A stretch of DNA of 64,000 nt from an uncultured Gammaproteobacteria bacterium (GTDB lineage: Bacteria; Patescibacteriota; Patescibacteriia; CAIXNZ01), in contig CAZPVP010000004.1 of NCBI GenBank assembly GCA_964590345.1, positions 42 through 64,041 of the forward strand, written 5' to 3'. The position numbers and the translations under genes are program-made. This document shows positions 1-9,755 of the stretch, in pieces. The notes under the pieces were generated by a model. That model did not search any database. It was not told the DNA's origin and saw nothing but the letters and a program-made list of their open reading frames with translations. Position 1 is the first letter of the stretch; each line of letters starts with the position of its first letter.

Positions 1-500
<500 letters not shown>

Positions 501-570
501 AAAAAAACATTATACATTTATAAGCTAGTCATTAGATACGGGTTGCTTCAATGAATTTGGAGCAACCAAA

Positions 571-677
571 TCTGGTGATTTTAGCGAAGGGGAAACACCT
601 GTTCCCATTTCGAACACAGCAGTTAAGCCCTTCAGCGCTGATGATAGTCCGCATGGGCGAAAGTAAGTCATTGCCAG
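571..677 (+). rRNA. rrf: 5S rRNA
   Basis: Conserved 5S core CCTGTTCCCATTTCGAACACAGCAGTTAAGCCC...GCGCTGATGATAGT; helix I pairing between the 5' CTGGTGA and the 3' TCATTGCCAG; an upstream processing hairpin lies at 541-567. Confidence 0.8.
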
Positions 678-683
678 TTTAAC

Positions 684-716
684 AAAAAACAATCCTTTTA
701 AGGATTGTTTTTTGTT
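684..716 (+). terminator. Rho-independent terminator after 5S rRNA
   Basis: Hairpin ACAATCCTT-TTAA-AAGGATTGT followed by a T-run. Confidence 0.7.
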
Positions 717-1288
717 ATCCGCCGAAGCCCTGTCTGCCGGCAGGCAGGTTTAGCGAAGGCGGATTAACTAAATTCGACAAAATATTTTATATAATATAAG
801 ATGATAATCAAGCTCCTTAGTATGAATACAGAATAGATACTACCGGTCTAACCATGGCGCGCGGGGATCTAGTTTCTAATGGGAGAACTTAAAAATGCAT
901 GGGAACGAATAGTGTCTGATTTTTCTAGAAATATTGTTGGAGGAAAGATAATTTAGAAAAGATGAAAAAGACGTCGATTCTTAACCAATGCGGTTCAAGG
1001 ATTATTGGAGATGTATTCAACTGAGGAGTTTTTATTTGATTCTTCTTTTTGTAACCAAAAAGAAACAAAAAGTTTTGGGGTGGCTCAATGCACTATCACG
1101 TTGATTGGTGATAGGTGGTGTTGATGTCGGCGCTTAGTCGCCACCCCAAACCCCTTGGTGCTATTAAAATGATCGAAGCTTTAAAATTAATTTAAAAAAT
1201 GTTAAACTGGAACTTAGTAGAAAGTTAGAAAGTAAAAAATTAAAAGAGCACTTTCAAACTTTTTTACTTTAAACTTTTAACTTATTTT

Positions 1289-2536
1289 ATGAGACAAATC
1301 GCAGACTTACATATTCACTCAAAATATTCCCGAGCATGTTCAAAGGAACTGACTTTACCCAATATTGACAAATGGTGTTCATATAAAGGTATTGATCTTG
1401 TGGCAACCGGTGATTTTACTCATCCGGTTTGGTTTGCTGATATAAAAAAATTACTTAAATCATTAGACAATGGTTTGTTTGAATTAAAAGAAGATTCTAA
1501 AGGGACCAAATTCATGCTTGGTACTGAAATCTCCTGTATTTATAAACAAGGCGATAAAACGCGTCGTGTCCATCATAATATTTATTTTCCGGAGATTAAA
1601 GATGTTGAAAAATTTAATTCAATTTTGGAAAAACAGGGACGTAATTTAAAATCAGATGGTCGGCCGATTTTGGGTTTAAGTTCTATTGAGCTGGCTAAAA
1701 TAATTTTTGAAATAAACGAAAAAGCAATTATAATTCCGGCTCACGCTTGGACGCCATGGTTTTCTATATTTGGATCAAAATCAGGATTTGATTCTATTGA
1801 AGAATGTTTTGATAAGTATGCTGATAAAATTTATGCCATTGAAACAGGTCTTTCTTCTGATCCGCCCATGAACTGGCGTTTATCTGTTTTAGATAAGGTA
1901 GTTTTAGTTTCTAATTCCGATGCTCATTCTTTACCCAATTTAGGACGGGAAGCCAATGTGTTTGAATGGGACAATCCGAGTTATGATGAATTTTATAATA
2001 CGTTAAAAAATCAGGATAAATCAAAATTTAAATATACAATTGAATTTTTCCCAGAAGAAGGTAAGTATCATTTTGACGGCCATGCCAGTTGTAATGTTTC
2101 TTTAAAACCCAAAGAAACAAAAAAGAATAAAGGTCTTTGCTCAAAATGTAAAAAGTCTTTAACAGTTGGTGTTTTGCATCGAGTTGATGATTTGGCAGAT
2201 CGCGAAAAAGGAGAATTAGATAAACATATTCCTTATAAAAGTTTAGTGCCTTTGCAGGAAATAATTGCTGAAGCTTTTGCAGTTGGTAAAAATTCAAAAA
2301 GAGTCCAGGATGAATATTTTGCCATGATAGAAAAAGGCAGCAGCGAATTTGAAATCTTGTTGGACAAAAGTTTGGTTGAATTAAAAAAAATTACGCAGCC
2401 GGAAATTGTGGAGGCGGTTAAGCGAGTTCGGGAAGGCAAATTAAATATTGAACCCGGTTATGATGGTGTTTATGGTAAGATTCAGATTTATAAAGATAAT
2501 GAGGAGCGAGGCGCAGTGCAAAAAAGTTTAATCTAA
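1289..2536 (+). CDS. Endonuclease Q (EndoQ) homolog, PHP domain plus Zn-finger
   Basis: N-terminal DLHIHSKYSRA PHP motif; GDxxHP, RVHHxxxFP, GRPxLxLS, IIPAHAWTPW and a CSKCKKS zinc-ribbon, with collinear similarity to Pyrococcus/Bacillus EndoQ. Confidence 0.7.
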   Translation: MRQIADLHIHSKYSRACSKELTLPNIDKWCSYKGIDLVATGDFTHPVWFADIKKLLKSLDNGLFELKEDSKGTKFMLGTEISCIYKQGDKTRRVHHNIYFPEIKDVEKFNSILEKQGRNLKSDGRPILGLSSIELAKIIFEINEKAIIIPAHAWTPWFSIFGSKSGFDSIEECFDKYADKIYAIETGLSSDPPMNWRLSVLDKVVLVSNSDAHSLPNLGREANVFEWDNPSYDEFYNTLKNQDKSKFKYTIEFFPEEGKYHFDGHASCNVSLKPKETKKNKGLCSKCKKSLTVGVLHRVDDLADREKGELDKHIPYKSLVPLQEIIAEAFAVGKNSKRVQDEYFAMIEKGSSEFEILLDKSLVELKKITQPEIVEAVKRVREGKLNIEPGYDGVYGKIQIYKDNEERGAVQKSLI

Positions 2537-2617
2537 ACACAACGTTTCACTTGGCGTGTTTTAAAAACAAGACCCCCTTACTTTTCTGTAAGAGGGCCTT
2601 ATTTTTTATTTTTTCTT

Positions 2618-2722
2618 TTTCCTTTTTGGAGCGGCTTTCTTTTTTTTCGGAGCTGCTTTCTTTTTTGTTGTTTTTCTTTTCTTTGGAGCCGCTTTCTTTT
2701 TTGTTGTCTTCTTTTTCTTTGC
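2618..2722. repeat. Imperfect tandem repeat (about 3 copies) of a pyrimidine-rich 30-36 bp unit GGAGCNGCTTTCTTTTTTGTTGT...
   Basis: Direct reading; lies between the EndoQ stop and the tRNA-Ala promoter. The track ORF 2551-2736 sits on this low-complexity repeat. Confidence 0.6.
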
Positions 2723-2942
2723 AGGCATTTTTTTAGAAGTTAATTAATTAAATTTTAAAAATATTTTATTAATTAATTTAATTATATCAATTTTTATAAA
2801 CAAAAAGAAATTTTTTAAAAAAAATTTGTGGATAACTTTTATTTTTCTTAAAAAATAAAAAATGAAAAGTTTTTCATATAAAAATTATTTTTAAGGGTAT
2901 TAAAAAGCAAGAGAAACAGAGGATAAAGAGTTTTTAATATAT

Positions 2943-2971
2943 TGACATGAAGAAAAAAAGTTGCTATACTG
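2943..2971 (+). promoter_or_regulatory. Sigma70-like promoter (TTGACA-17-TATACT) for tRNA-Ala
   Basis: TTGACAtgaagaaaaaaagttgcTATACT about 30 nt upstream of the tRNA. Confidence 0.5.
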
Positions 2972-3003
2972 GATTTAGTTCGCAAGAGCTGTTTTTATTT
3001 TTT

Positions 3004-3076
3004 GGGCCGTTAGCTCATTTGGTAGAGCACCTCGTTTGCACCGAGGAGGTGAAGGGTTCGAATCCCTTACGGTCCA
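3004..3076 (+). tRNA. tRNA-Ala (anticodon UGC)
   Basis: Cloverleaf: acceptor GGGCCGT/ACGGTCC, D-arm GCTC...GAGC, anticodon stem CCTCG/CGAGG with loop TTTGCAC, T-arm GAAGG-TTCGAAT-CCCTT. Confidence 0.85.
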
Positions 3077-3084
3077 CTTATTTA

Positions 3085-3116
3085 AAAAGAACGCATTTAA
3101 ATGCGTTCTTTGTGTT
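3085..3116 (+). terminator. Terminator hairpin after tRNA-Ala
   Basis: AAGAACGCATTTAAATGCGTTCTT followed by TGTGTT. Confidence 0.6.
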
Positions 3117-3127
3117 ATAATTAAATT

Positions 3128-3850
3128 ATGGACTTATCTTATATTGTTTTTATTGCCATTGCTTTTTTTGCTGCTATTGTATCTTCAACAGTTGGTTTTG
3201 GAGCGGCTTTAATAATTTTATCTTTTTCAACATTTTTATTGGATTATAAAATTTTAGTTGGTATTGTTACAGTTTATTTTATTGCTAATAATATTTTTAA
3301 ATTAATATTTTTTGGTAAACATATTAAATGGAAAATTGCTGGTTGGATTTTGCTTGGTTCATTACCTTTGGTAATTCTTGGTTCATTTTTATTAATTCAA
3401 GTTTCAGCTGAAATTTTAAAACGAATTTTAGGGTTAATTATTTTATTTTATGTAATTAATTATCAGTTTGATTTTTTTAAAAAACATAAACCTAAAATTT
3501 ATCAAATGCCGCTTATTGGAGCGATTTATGGTTTTTTCTCTGGCATGGTCGGTGTGGGTGATCCGATTAAAGCAGCTTTATTGAATCAAATTGGTTTGGT
3601 TAAACAAGAATTTATTGCTACCATGGCCATAATTGCTTTTATTCAAAATATTTTTAAAATTTCAATTTATTCAAAGTTTCAATTAGTTACCTTAAATGAC
3701 TGGCCAATTATTTTAGGCTTAATCATAGCTTCGTTTTGTGGAATTTATATTGGCCGCAATATTGTTAAAAAAATCAGCCCCAATTTATTTAGAAAACTAG
3801 TTTTGCTCATGCTAACAATTGTGGCAATTAAGTTGCTGCTTTTTGGCTAG
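3128..3850 (+). CDS. TSUP/TauE-SafE family (DUF81) membrane transporter
   Basis: Eight predicted TM helices and a glycine-rich VGFGAA motif typical of the sulfite-exporter TauE/SafE family. Confidence 0.6.
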   Translation: MDLSYIVFIAIAFFAAIVSSTVGFGAALIILSFSTFLLDYKILVGIVTVYFIANNIFKLIFFGKHIKWKIAGWILLGSLPLVILGSFLLIQVSAEILKRILGLIILFYVINYQFDFFKKHKPKIYQMPLIGAIYGFFSGMVGVGDPIKAALLNQIGLVKQEFIATMAIIAFIQNIFKISIYSKFQLVTLNDWPIILGLIIASFCGIYIGRNIVKKISPNLFRKLVLLMLTIVAIKLLLFG

Positions 3851-3930
3851 CCAAGGAAAAAATCGGCTTTGAAAAGGAATTAACTCTTTAGAGTTTATTA
3901 TAAAAGATAAGGTCTGAATTCCGGGTAAAG

Positions 3931-3972
3931 CCAATTTTTTCTTTTGACTTTTTAGTCAATTTTAGCTAAAAT
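3931..3972 (+). promoter_or_regulatory. 42-bp promoter-containing repeat, copy 1 (TTGACT-N18-TAAAAT), upstream of the RM operon
   Basis: ccaattttttcttTTGACTttttagtcaattttagcTAAAAT; near-identical (about 36/42) to copy 2 at 6688-6729. Confidence 0.6.
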
Positions 3973-4054
3973 GTTGGTATTGAAATATAAAAATAAATTT
4001 GGCTATTTTTGAATTTTAGGGTAAAATTTAATTATAATTTACCCTTTTTTAATT

Positions 4055-5248
4055 ATGAATAAAACAAAATTATTAACAAAAATAGAAACACCTATCCCAT
4101 CCAAATCTTTTCTTAATGGGACAGATTTATCATTTGCTAATGTTAGAGAGTATGAAAGAACAAAACATGTTCATCGCTTGCATCCTTATCTTGGTAAGTT
4201 TATTCCGCAACTAGTAGAAGTTTTTCTAAAGAGTTATTTTAAGAAAGGAGATTTTATTCTTGATCCATTTATGGGTTCGGGGACAACATTAATTGAAGCA
4301 AATATTTTAGGTATGCATTCAGCTGGTATAGAAATTTCACTTTTTAATTGTTTAATAGCGGAAACAAAAATAAAAGAATACGATATATTATTTGTTGAAG
4401 AAGAAATAAAAGATATCCTTCAAAAGACAAAGGAATTTAGTAAATGTCTTGTTAAAGGGCAAAGGCAATTAACTTTATTAAAAAATAATTTTAAAAAATA
4501 TAAAACTAATAGTGAATATCTAAACACTTGGCTTGCTGATAGATCCTTGCAAGAAATTTTATTCTATAGAGAACAAATTAAAAATTATCAAAATCAAAAT
4601 ATACTTAAAATTATTCTGAGTCGCGCAACACGAAGTGCTCGCTTAATTCCGCATTACGATTTAGCTAGGCCTAAAAAACCGATAAGAGAAAAATATTATT
4701 GTATAAAGCACAGAAGAATATGTGAACCGGTCAATGAGGCACTCAAATTTATTAATCGTTATAGTTGGGATACAATAAAAAGAATAAAAGAATTTGATAA
4801 TTTACGAACTAAAGCAAAGATTGATATTATTCAAGGCGATTCAAGAAAGGTTAGTCTTGACAAATTAAATAAATTTGATGGTATTTTTACTTCACCACCA
4901 TATGTTGGTTTAATTGATTATCACGATCAACATAGATATGCATATGACCTTTTTGGTTTAGATGATAATGGTTTTAATGAAATTGGGCCGGCGTCAAAAG
5001 GGAAAAGTCGAGAAGCAAAAGAAGAATACAAAAATAATATAATTGCTGTTTTTAAAAATATAAATAAATATTTAAAACCGAAAGCAAAAATATTTGTAGT
5101 AGTTAATGATAAAGATGATCTTTATTCAGGAGTTGCTGATGCTTGTGGTTATAGTATTGAGAAAATTTTTTATCGCCCTGTTTTGATGAGAACAGAAAGG
5201 GATAATGCTAAATTTTCAGAAAGTATTTATTATTTTATAAAAAAATAA
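4055..5248 (+). CDS. DNA methyltransferase (amino-MTase, N4-cytosine or N6-adenine); motif I DPFMGSGTT, motif IV SPPY
   Basis: HPYLGKF...DPFMGSGTTLIEA (AdoMet-binding motif I) near the N-terminus and FTSPPY (catalytic motif IV) near residue 277. A REase gene starts 2 nt downstream. Confidence 0.7.
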   Translation: MNKTKLLTKIETPIPSKSFLNGTDLSFANVREYERTKHVHRLHPYLGKFIPQLVEVFLKSYFKKGDFILDPFMGSGTTLIEANILGMHSAGIEISLFNCLIAETKIKEYDILFVEEEIKDILQKTKEFSKCLVKGQRQLTLLKNNFKKYKTNSEYLNTWLADRSLQEILFYREQIKNYQNQNILKIILSRATRSARLIPHYDLARPKKPIREKYYCIKHRRICEPVNEALKFINRYSWDTIKRIKEFDNLRTKAKIDIIQGDSRKVSLDKLNKFDGIFTSPPYVGLIDYHDQHRYAYDLFGLDDNGFNEIGPASKGKSREAKEEYKNNIIAVFKNINKYLKPKAKIFVVVNDKDDLYSGVADACGYSIEKIFYRPVLMRTERDNAKFSESIYYFIKK

Positions 5249-5249
5249 T

Positions 5250-6032
5250 ATGGGTCTAACAAAAAAACAAAAAGAAGAAATTAATAATTATTTAGTTTTA
5301 AAAATAAGAGAAAAACTCGCTAATTATAAGCCGGAAACAAGTTCGATGCCTTTTCAAGTTAGGTTACTTGGAAAGGACAAAATGGCTTTGTTTTCGTTTA
5401 TTCACTCTGTAAATACTACTCTCGGAACTTCAATTTTTGAAAAGGTAGGGCAGATTATTGCGAAACCACTAGTTAAAGAGGCAAAGGATAGATATGATTT
5501 TGAGGGTTTTATTAGTGGCGGAGCTGTATTAAAGATTGATTCAATAATGCGTAGTTTACGTTCTGCAGAGAGAAGTCCAAACAAAAAGTTGGAAATAAAA
5601 GAAGTTTTAGAAGTTTCGCAGAAGGGCACAATGGGCAAAAGACTTAAAAAGCGTGTTGATCTTTTTATAATTGATAAAGATAATACAGAAAATTATTTCG
5701 AAATTAAAACTGCGAAACCCAATATCAATGAATTTACGGGGATTAAAAAACAACTTTTAGACTGGATAGCAATGCGCGGGAGTATTGATCCTAAGGTTAA
5801 AATAAAAACAATAGTGGCAATACCTTATAATCCTTATGCCCCTCAACCATATGAACGATGGACATTACAAGGTTTATTTGATTTAGAAAAAGAGGTTTTA
5901 GTAGGTGATGAATTTTGGGATATGCTGGGAGGGAAGGGAACTTATAAAAATTTGCTAAAAGTATTTGAGGAAGCGGGTTTAGAATTGCGAGATGAAATAG
6001 AACAAAAAATGAAAAGTGTTGGGGAAAAATGA
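5250..6032 (+). CDS. Putative type II restriction endonuclease (PD-(D/E)xK), possibly TdeIII-like
   Basis: Translationally coupled to the MTase; candidate catalytic motif VDLFIID...ENYFEIKTAK (D...ExK). Family assignment comes from recollection, not from a search. Confidence 0.45.
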   Translation: MGLTKKQKEEINNYLVLKIREKLANYKPETSSMPFQVRLLGKDKMALFSFIHSVNTTLGTSIFEKVGQIIAKPLVKEAKDRYDFEGFISGGAVLKIDSIMRSLRSAERSPNKKLEIKEVLEVSQKGTMGKRLKKRVDLFIIDKDNTENYFEIKTAKPNINEFTGIKKQLLDWIAMRGSIDPKVKIKTIVAIPYNPYAPQPYERWTLQGLFDLEKEVLVGDEFWDMLGGKGTYKNLLKVFEEAGLELRDEIEQKMKSVGEK

Positions 6033-6048
6033 AATAATATAATTTTAT

Positions 6049-6630
6049 ATGAGAAATAAAATAGATGATCGACTTTTGACTTTTATATGGGATGAATTAT
6101 CTTTAGCACACACACATTTAACTTTCATTTATAATTTAATTGATTATACTAAAAAGTTAAGAAGTAAAAAAAATATATTAACTAATTATGAAGAATATAT
6201 CTATTTAGTTATAGTGAATCATTTAAATTTTATTATTTTGAGTTTAAGTAAAATATTTGATAAAAGAAGAGATGTAAAAAAAATCGATTTATTATTAGAT
6301 GGTATCGTAGATTTGCAAGTCAAACAAAGTTTACAAAATGAGATTAATGAACTTAGAGATTTATTTGAGAATTCGGAATTAAAAAATTCAAGAGACGAAG
6401 TAATCGCACATTTTGAAAGAAACAGGGGAGCTCATTTTGAATTACCTCGCTTAGATCAATTAGAAAAAATTGGAGAGATAATAAGTAAAACTGCATATTT
6501 TCTTGAGGATAAGATTTACAAAGAAATTTTAGGCGAAGATATACAATTAGAATTGATTATTTTTAATGTAATGAAAGATTTTAAGAGACTAATTAATGAT
6601 ATTGAAAAAATTAATAAATTACAAGATTAG
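6049..6630 (+). CDS. HEPN-like (Abi-type) protein with an Rx4H motif, linked to the RM operon
   Basis: C-proximal AHFERNRGAHFE contains an R-N-x3-H HEPN-type motif; mostly helical; same strand and tightly spaced after the R gene. Confidence 0.4.
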   Translation: MRNKIDDRLLTFIWDELSLAHTHLTFIYNLIDYTKKLRSKKNILTNYEEYIYLVIVNHLNFIILSLSKIFDKRRDVKKIDLLLDGIVDLQVKQSLQNEINELRDLFENSELKNSRDEVIAHFERNRGAHFELPRLDQLEKIGEIISKTAYFLEDKIYKEILGEDIQLELIIFNVMKDFKRLINDIEKINKLQD

Positions 6631-6647
6631 ATCAAGATAAATAAATG

Positions 6648-6693
6648 AATTGGTATTAGATCTTTCGAGCATGATAGAATAACAATACCAATT
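6648..6693 (+). terminator. Hairpin/terminator after the RM-HEPN operon (10-bp inverted repeat AATTGGTATT...AATACCAATT)
   Basis: Perfect 10-bp inverted repeat with a 26-nt loop; the 3' arm overlaps the start of promoter-repeat copy 2. Confidence 0.4.
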
Positions 6694-6729
6694 TTTTCTT
6701 TTGACTTTTTATCATAATTTCGCTAAAAT
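6688..6729 (+). promoter_or_regulatory. 42-bp promoter-containing repeat, copy 2 (TTGACT-N18-TAAAAT), the ileS promoter
   Basis: ccaattttttcttTTGACTttttatcataatttcgcTAAAAT, 35 nt upstream of the ileS ATG. Confidence 0.6.
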
Positions 6730-6763
6730 TAAGGATATTAAATAGATAAAAATATTTATTTAT

Positions 6764-9739
6764 ATGAAAGAAAAAAAATCCCAGTTTGCCCAAAAAGAAG
6801 AGGAAATAATTAAATTTTGGGAGAAAAATAAAATTTTTGAAAAATCAATTGAGCAGCGCAAAGAGTCGCCTATTTTTTCATTTTATGACGGGCCGCCTTT
6901 TGCTTCTGGTTCGCCGCATTATGGCCATATTTTGGCTTCAACCTTGAAAGATACAGTAACACGTTATTGGACAATGCGCGGTTATAAAGTTGAAAGGACA
7001 GTAGGCTGGGATTGTCATGGTTTGCCAGTGGAAAACTTGATTGAAAAAGAAAAAAAGATTAAATCAAAAAAAGAAATTTTAGAATTAGGCAAAGATGAAT
7101 ATGAAAGCATTAAAATTTTTAACGAAGCTTGTGCTGCTTCAGTTTTTCGTTGTGTAGATGAATGGAAAGATATTTTTAAACGCATTGGCCGTTGGGCAAA
7201 TTATGAAAATCAATATTCTACCATGGATAACGCATATATTGAATCTGTATGGTGGGTTTTTAAAGAATTATTTAATAGAGGATTAGTTTATAAAGATTAC
7301 CGGGTTTCTCCTTATTGTCCTCGTTGCGGCACACCCCTTTCTAATTTTGAAGTTAATCAAGGATACCAAAAAGTAAAAGAAAATTCTGTTTATTTGCAGT
7401 TTAAATTAAAGCTAGGTCAAAAAATAAATAATGAAGAATTAGATAAAAATACTTATATTCTTTCCTGGACTACGACCCCCTGGACTTTGCCGGGTAATGT
7501 TGGTTTGGCAGTTGGAGAAAATATTGATTACATTAAAGTTAAAGTTAATAATCATTATTTAATTTTGGCTAAAGCACGTCTGGAAATTATTGAGAGAATT
7601 TTTACAAATTACGACGTGGTTGAATATTATAAAGGCAGTGATTTGCTGGGCTTAGAATATGAACCGTTGTTTCCCAGCGCGATTCCGAAAAAGGAAACTA
7701 ATTTTGAAAATGCTTATAAAGTCTATGGCGCTGATTTTGTTACTACTGATGAAGGCACCGGCATAGTGCATACAGCTGTTATGTATGGCGAAGATGATTA
7801 TCAGTTAGGAGAAAAAATACGCTTGCCTAAGTACCATACGGTTGATTTAGAAGGTAAGTTTGTTGAGAGCCTTAAAAAATATAAGCTGGCTAATAAATTT
7901 GTAAAAGCAAAAGAAACCGAAGAAATAATAATTGATTATTTAAAAAAGAACCAATTTTTGTTTTACGAAGAATTATATGAGCACGATTATCCATTTTGTT
8001 GGCGTTGCGATAGTCCCCTGCTTTATTACGCACTTGATGCTTGGTTTGTTGCAGTGACAGAATTTCAAAACGATTTGACTAAAAATAATTTAACTATCGA
8101 ATTAGAGGACCCAAATGGCAAAAAGCACAAAGGTATTCGTTGGGTGCCGGAACATCTAAAAAGGGGTAGATTTGGCCATTGGTTAGAAAATGTTAAAGAT
8201 TGGAATATTTCCAGAAATCGTTTTTGGGGGGCACCTTTGCCGGTTTGGCAATGTCAAAAATGTGAACAAATTAAAGTTGTAGGTAGCCGGAAAGAGTTAG
8301 AAAATCCAGCGATTAAAGATTTACACAGGCCATACATTGATGAAGTTAAGTTTAAATGTAATTGCGGCGGTGAAATGCAAAGAATAGAAGAAGTTTTTGA
8401 CTGTTGGTTTGAATCTGGCTCAATGCCTTATGCCCAGTATCATTATCCATTTGAAAATAAGGAGAAGCTTGAAAATGGATTCCCGGCTGATTTTATTGCG
8501 GAAGGCTTAGATCAAACGCGGGGCTGGTTTTACACTTTACATGTTTTAGCTACAGCTTTATTTAATCAGCCGGCTTTTAAAAACGTGGTAGTTAACGGAT
8601 TAATTTTGGCTGAAGATGGTAAAAAGTTATCTAAGCGGCTAAAGAATTATACCGAGCCAAATATTTTATTTGATAAAGTTGGTGTTGATGCTGTTCGTTA
8701 TTTTCTTTTAGCTTCAACTCCAGTAGGGGAAGATTATCGTTTTTCAGACAGATTGGTTGAGGAAACGCTAAGAAAGACTGTTATGTTAATAAATAATATT
8801 TATAACTTTTTCGCCTTATATGAAAACACTGTTGAATATGATAAAGAGTTAAAACCAGAAAATTTAAAAAATATTTTAGACAAATGGATTGTTGCCAAAT
8901 TGAATTTATTAATAAAAAAAATAACAGAAGAAATGGACCGGTTTGACTTAACCAGAGCCAGCCGGCCGATTTTGGAGTTTATTAATGAATTCTCAACATG
9001 GTATTTGCGTCGCAGTCGTGATCGTTTTAAAGGTAATGATGAGGAAGACAAGAAATACGCTTTGGCTACTATGCATTATGTTTTATTGAATCTAAGTAAA
9101 GTATGCGGGCCTTTTATGCCATTTGTTTCTGAAGATATTTATCAAAAAATTAAAGGCCATAAAGAAAGCGTGCATTTGGAAGATTGGCCAGAGATTGCTG
9201 CTGAATTAATTGATACTAAATTATTAGAACAGATGGAAACTGTCAAAAAAATTATTGAACAGGCCTTGGCCGTCAGAGCCGAAGCAGGTATTAAAATACG
9301 TCAGCCGTTAAATAAGCTTTACATTACAAAAAAATCTGTGCCTAAGGATTTATACTTTTTAATTAAAGATGAAGTTAATATTAAGGAAATTGAAGTAGCT
9401 GATAAATTTCCTCAAAGTGACAATTTTAACATCGAAGCTGATGAAAATTATAAAGTCTGTTTGGATATTGAAATTACTCAAGATCTAAAATTAGAAGGCA
9501 ATGCCCGAGAAATAATCAGGCAAATTAATGCTTTGAGAAAGAAAATGAATTTGACTGTGGGAGATGTCGTTAATATTGTTTACCAAACTGAATCAGAAGA
9601 ATTAAAAAAAACAATTAATAAATTTGTTGAGGAAATTAAAAATAATACTTTAAGCAAAGAAATAATTGAGGGAGATGCCAATGAAGAAATGGATATTAAT
9701 GGAGAGAAGATTTTAATAAGAATAGAGAAAAAAGAATAA
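6764..9739 (+). CDS. ileS: Isoleucyl-tRNA synthetase
   Basis: HYGH motif (SPHYGHILAS), KMSKS-type KLSKRLKN, CP1 editing domain, 991 aa. Confidence 0.9.
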   Translation: MKEKKSQFAQKEEEIIKFWEKNKIFEKSIEQRKESPIFSFYDGPPFASGSPHYGHILASTLKDTVTRYWTMRGYKVERTVGWDCHGLPVENLIEKEKKIKSKKEILELGKDEYESIKIFNEACAASVFRCVDEWKDIFKRIGRWANYENQYSTMDNAYIESVWWVFKELFNRGLVYKDYRVSPYCPRCGTPLSNFEVNQGYQKVKENSVYLQFKLKLGQKINNEELDKNTYILSWTTTPWTLPGNVGLAVGENIDYIKVKVNNHYLILAKARLEIIERIFTNYDVVEYYKGSDLLGLEYEPLFPSAIPKKETNFENAYKVYGADFVTTDEGTGIVHTAVMYGEDDYQLGEKIRLPKYHTVDLEGKFVESLKKYKLANKFVKAKETEEIIIDYLKKNQFLFYEELYEHDYPFCWRCDSPLLYYALDAWFVAVTEFQNDLTKNNLTIELEDPNGKKHKGIRWVPEHLKRGRFGHWLENVKDWNISRNRFWGAPLPVWQCQKCEQIKVVGSRKELENPAIKDLHRPYIDEVKFKCNCGGEMQRIEEVFDCWFESGSMPYAQYHYPFENKEKLENGFPADFIAEGLDQTRGWFYTLHVLATALFNQPAFKNVVVNGLILAEDGKKLSKRLKNYTEPNILFDKVGVDAVRYFLLASTPVGEDYRFSDRLVEETLRKTVMLINNIYNFFALYENTVEYDKELKPENLKNILDKWIVAKLNLLIKKITEEMDRFDLTRASRPILEFINEFSTWYLRRSRDRFKGNDEEDKKYALATMHYVLLNLSKVCGPFMPFVSEDIYQKIKGHKESVHLEDWPEIAAELIDTKLLEQMETVKKIIEQALAVRAEAGIKIRQPLNKLYITKKSVPKDLYFLIKDEVNIKEIEVADKFPQSDNFNIEADENYKVCLDIEITQDLKLEGNAREIIRQINALRKKMNLTVGDVVNIVYQTESEELKKTINKFVEEIKNNTLSKEIIEGDANEEMDINGEKILIRIEKKE

Positions 9740-9755
9740 AAGATTAAGTATTAAT

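Noticed and set aside
2618-2722. Possible CRISPR array (also considered for 33127-33246 and 39790-39860)
   Set aside because: The repeats are contiguous or in frame with no unique spacers and no cas genes. 33127-33246 encodes a peptide repeat.
2551-2736. ORF of 61 aa (MACFKNK...)
   Set aside because: The ORF is translated from the pyrimidine-rich tandem repeat. It has a low-complexity F/S/L composition and no RBS.
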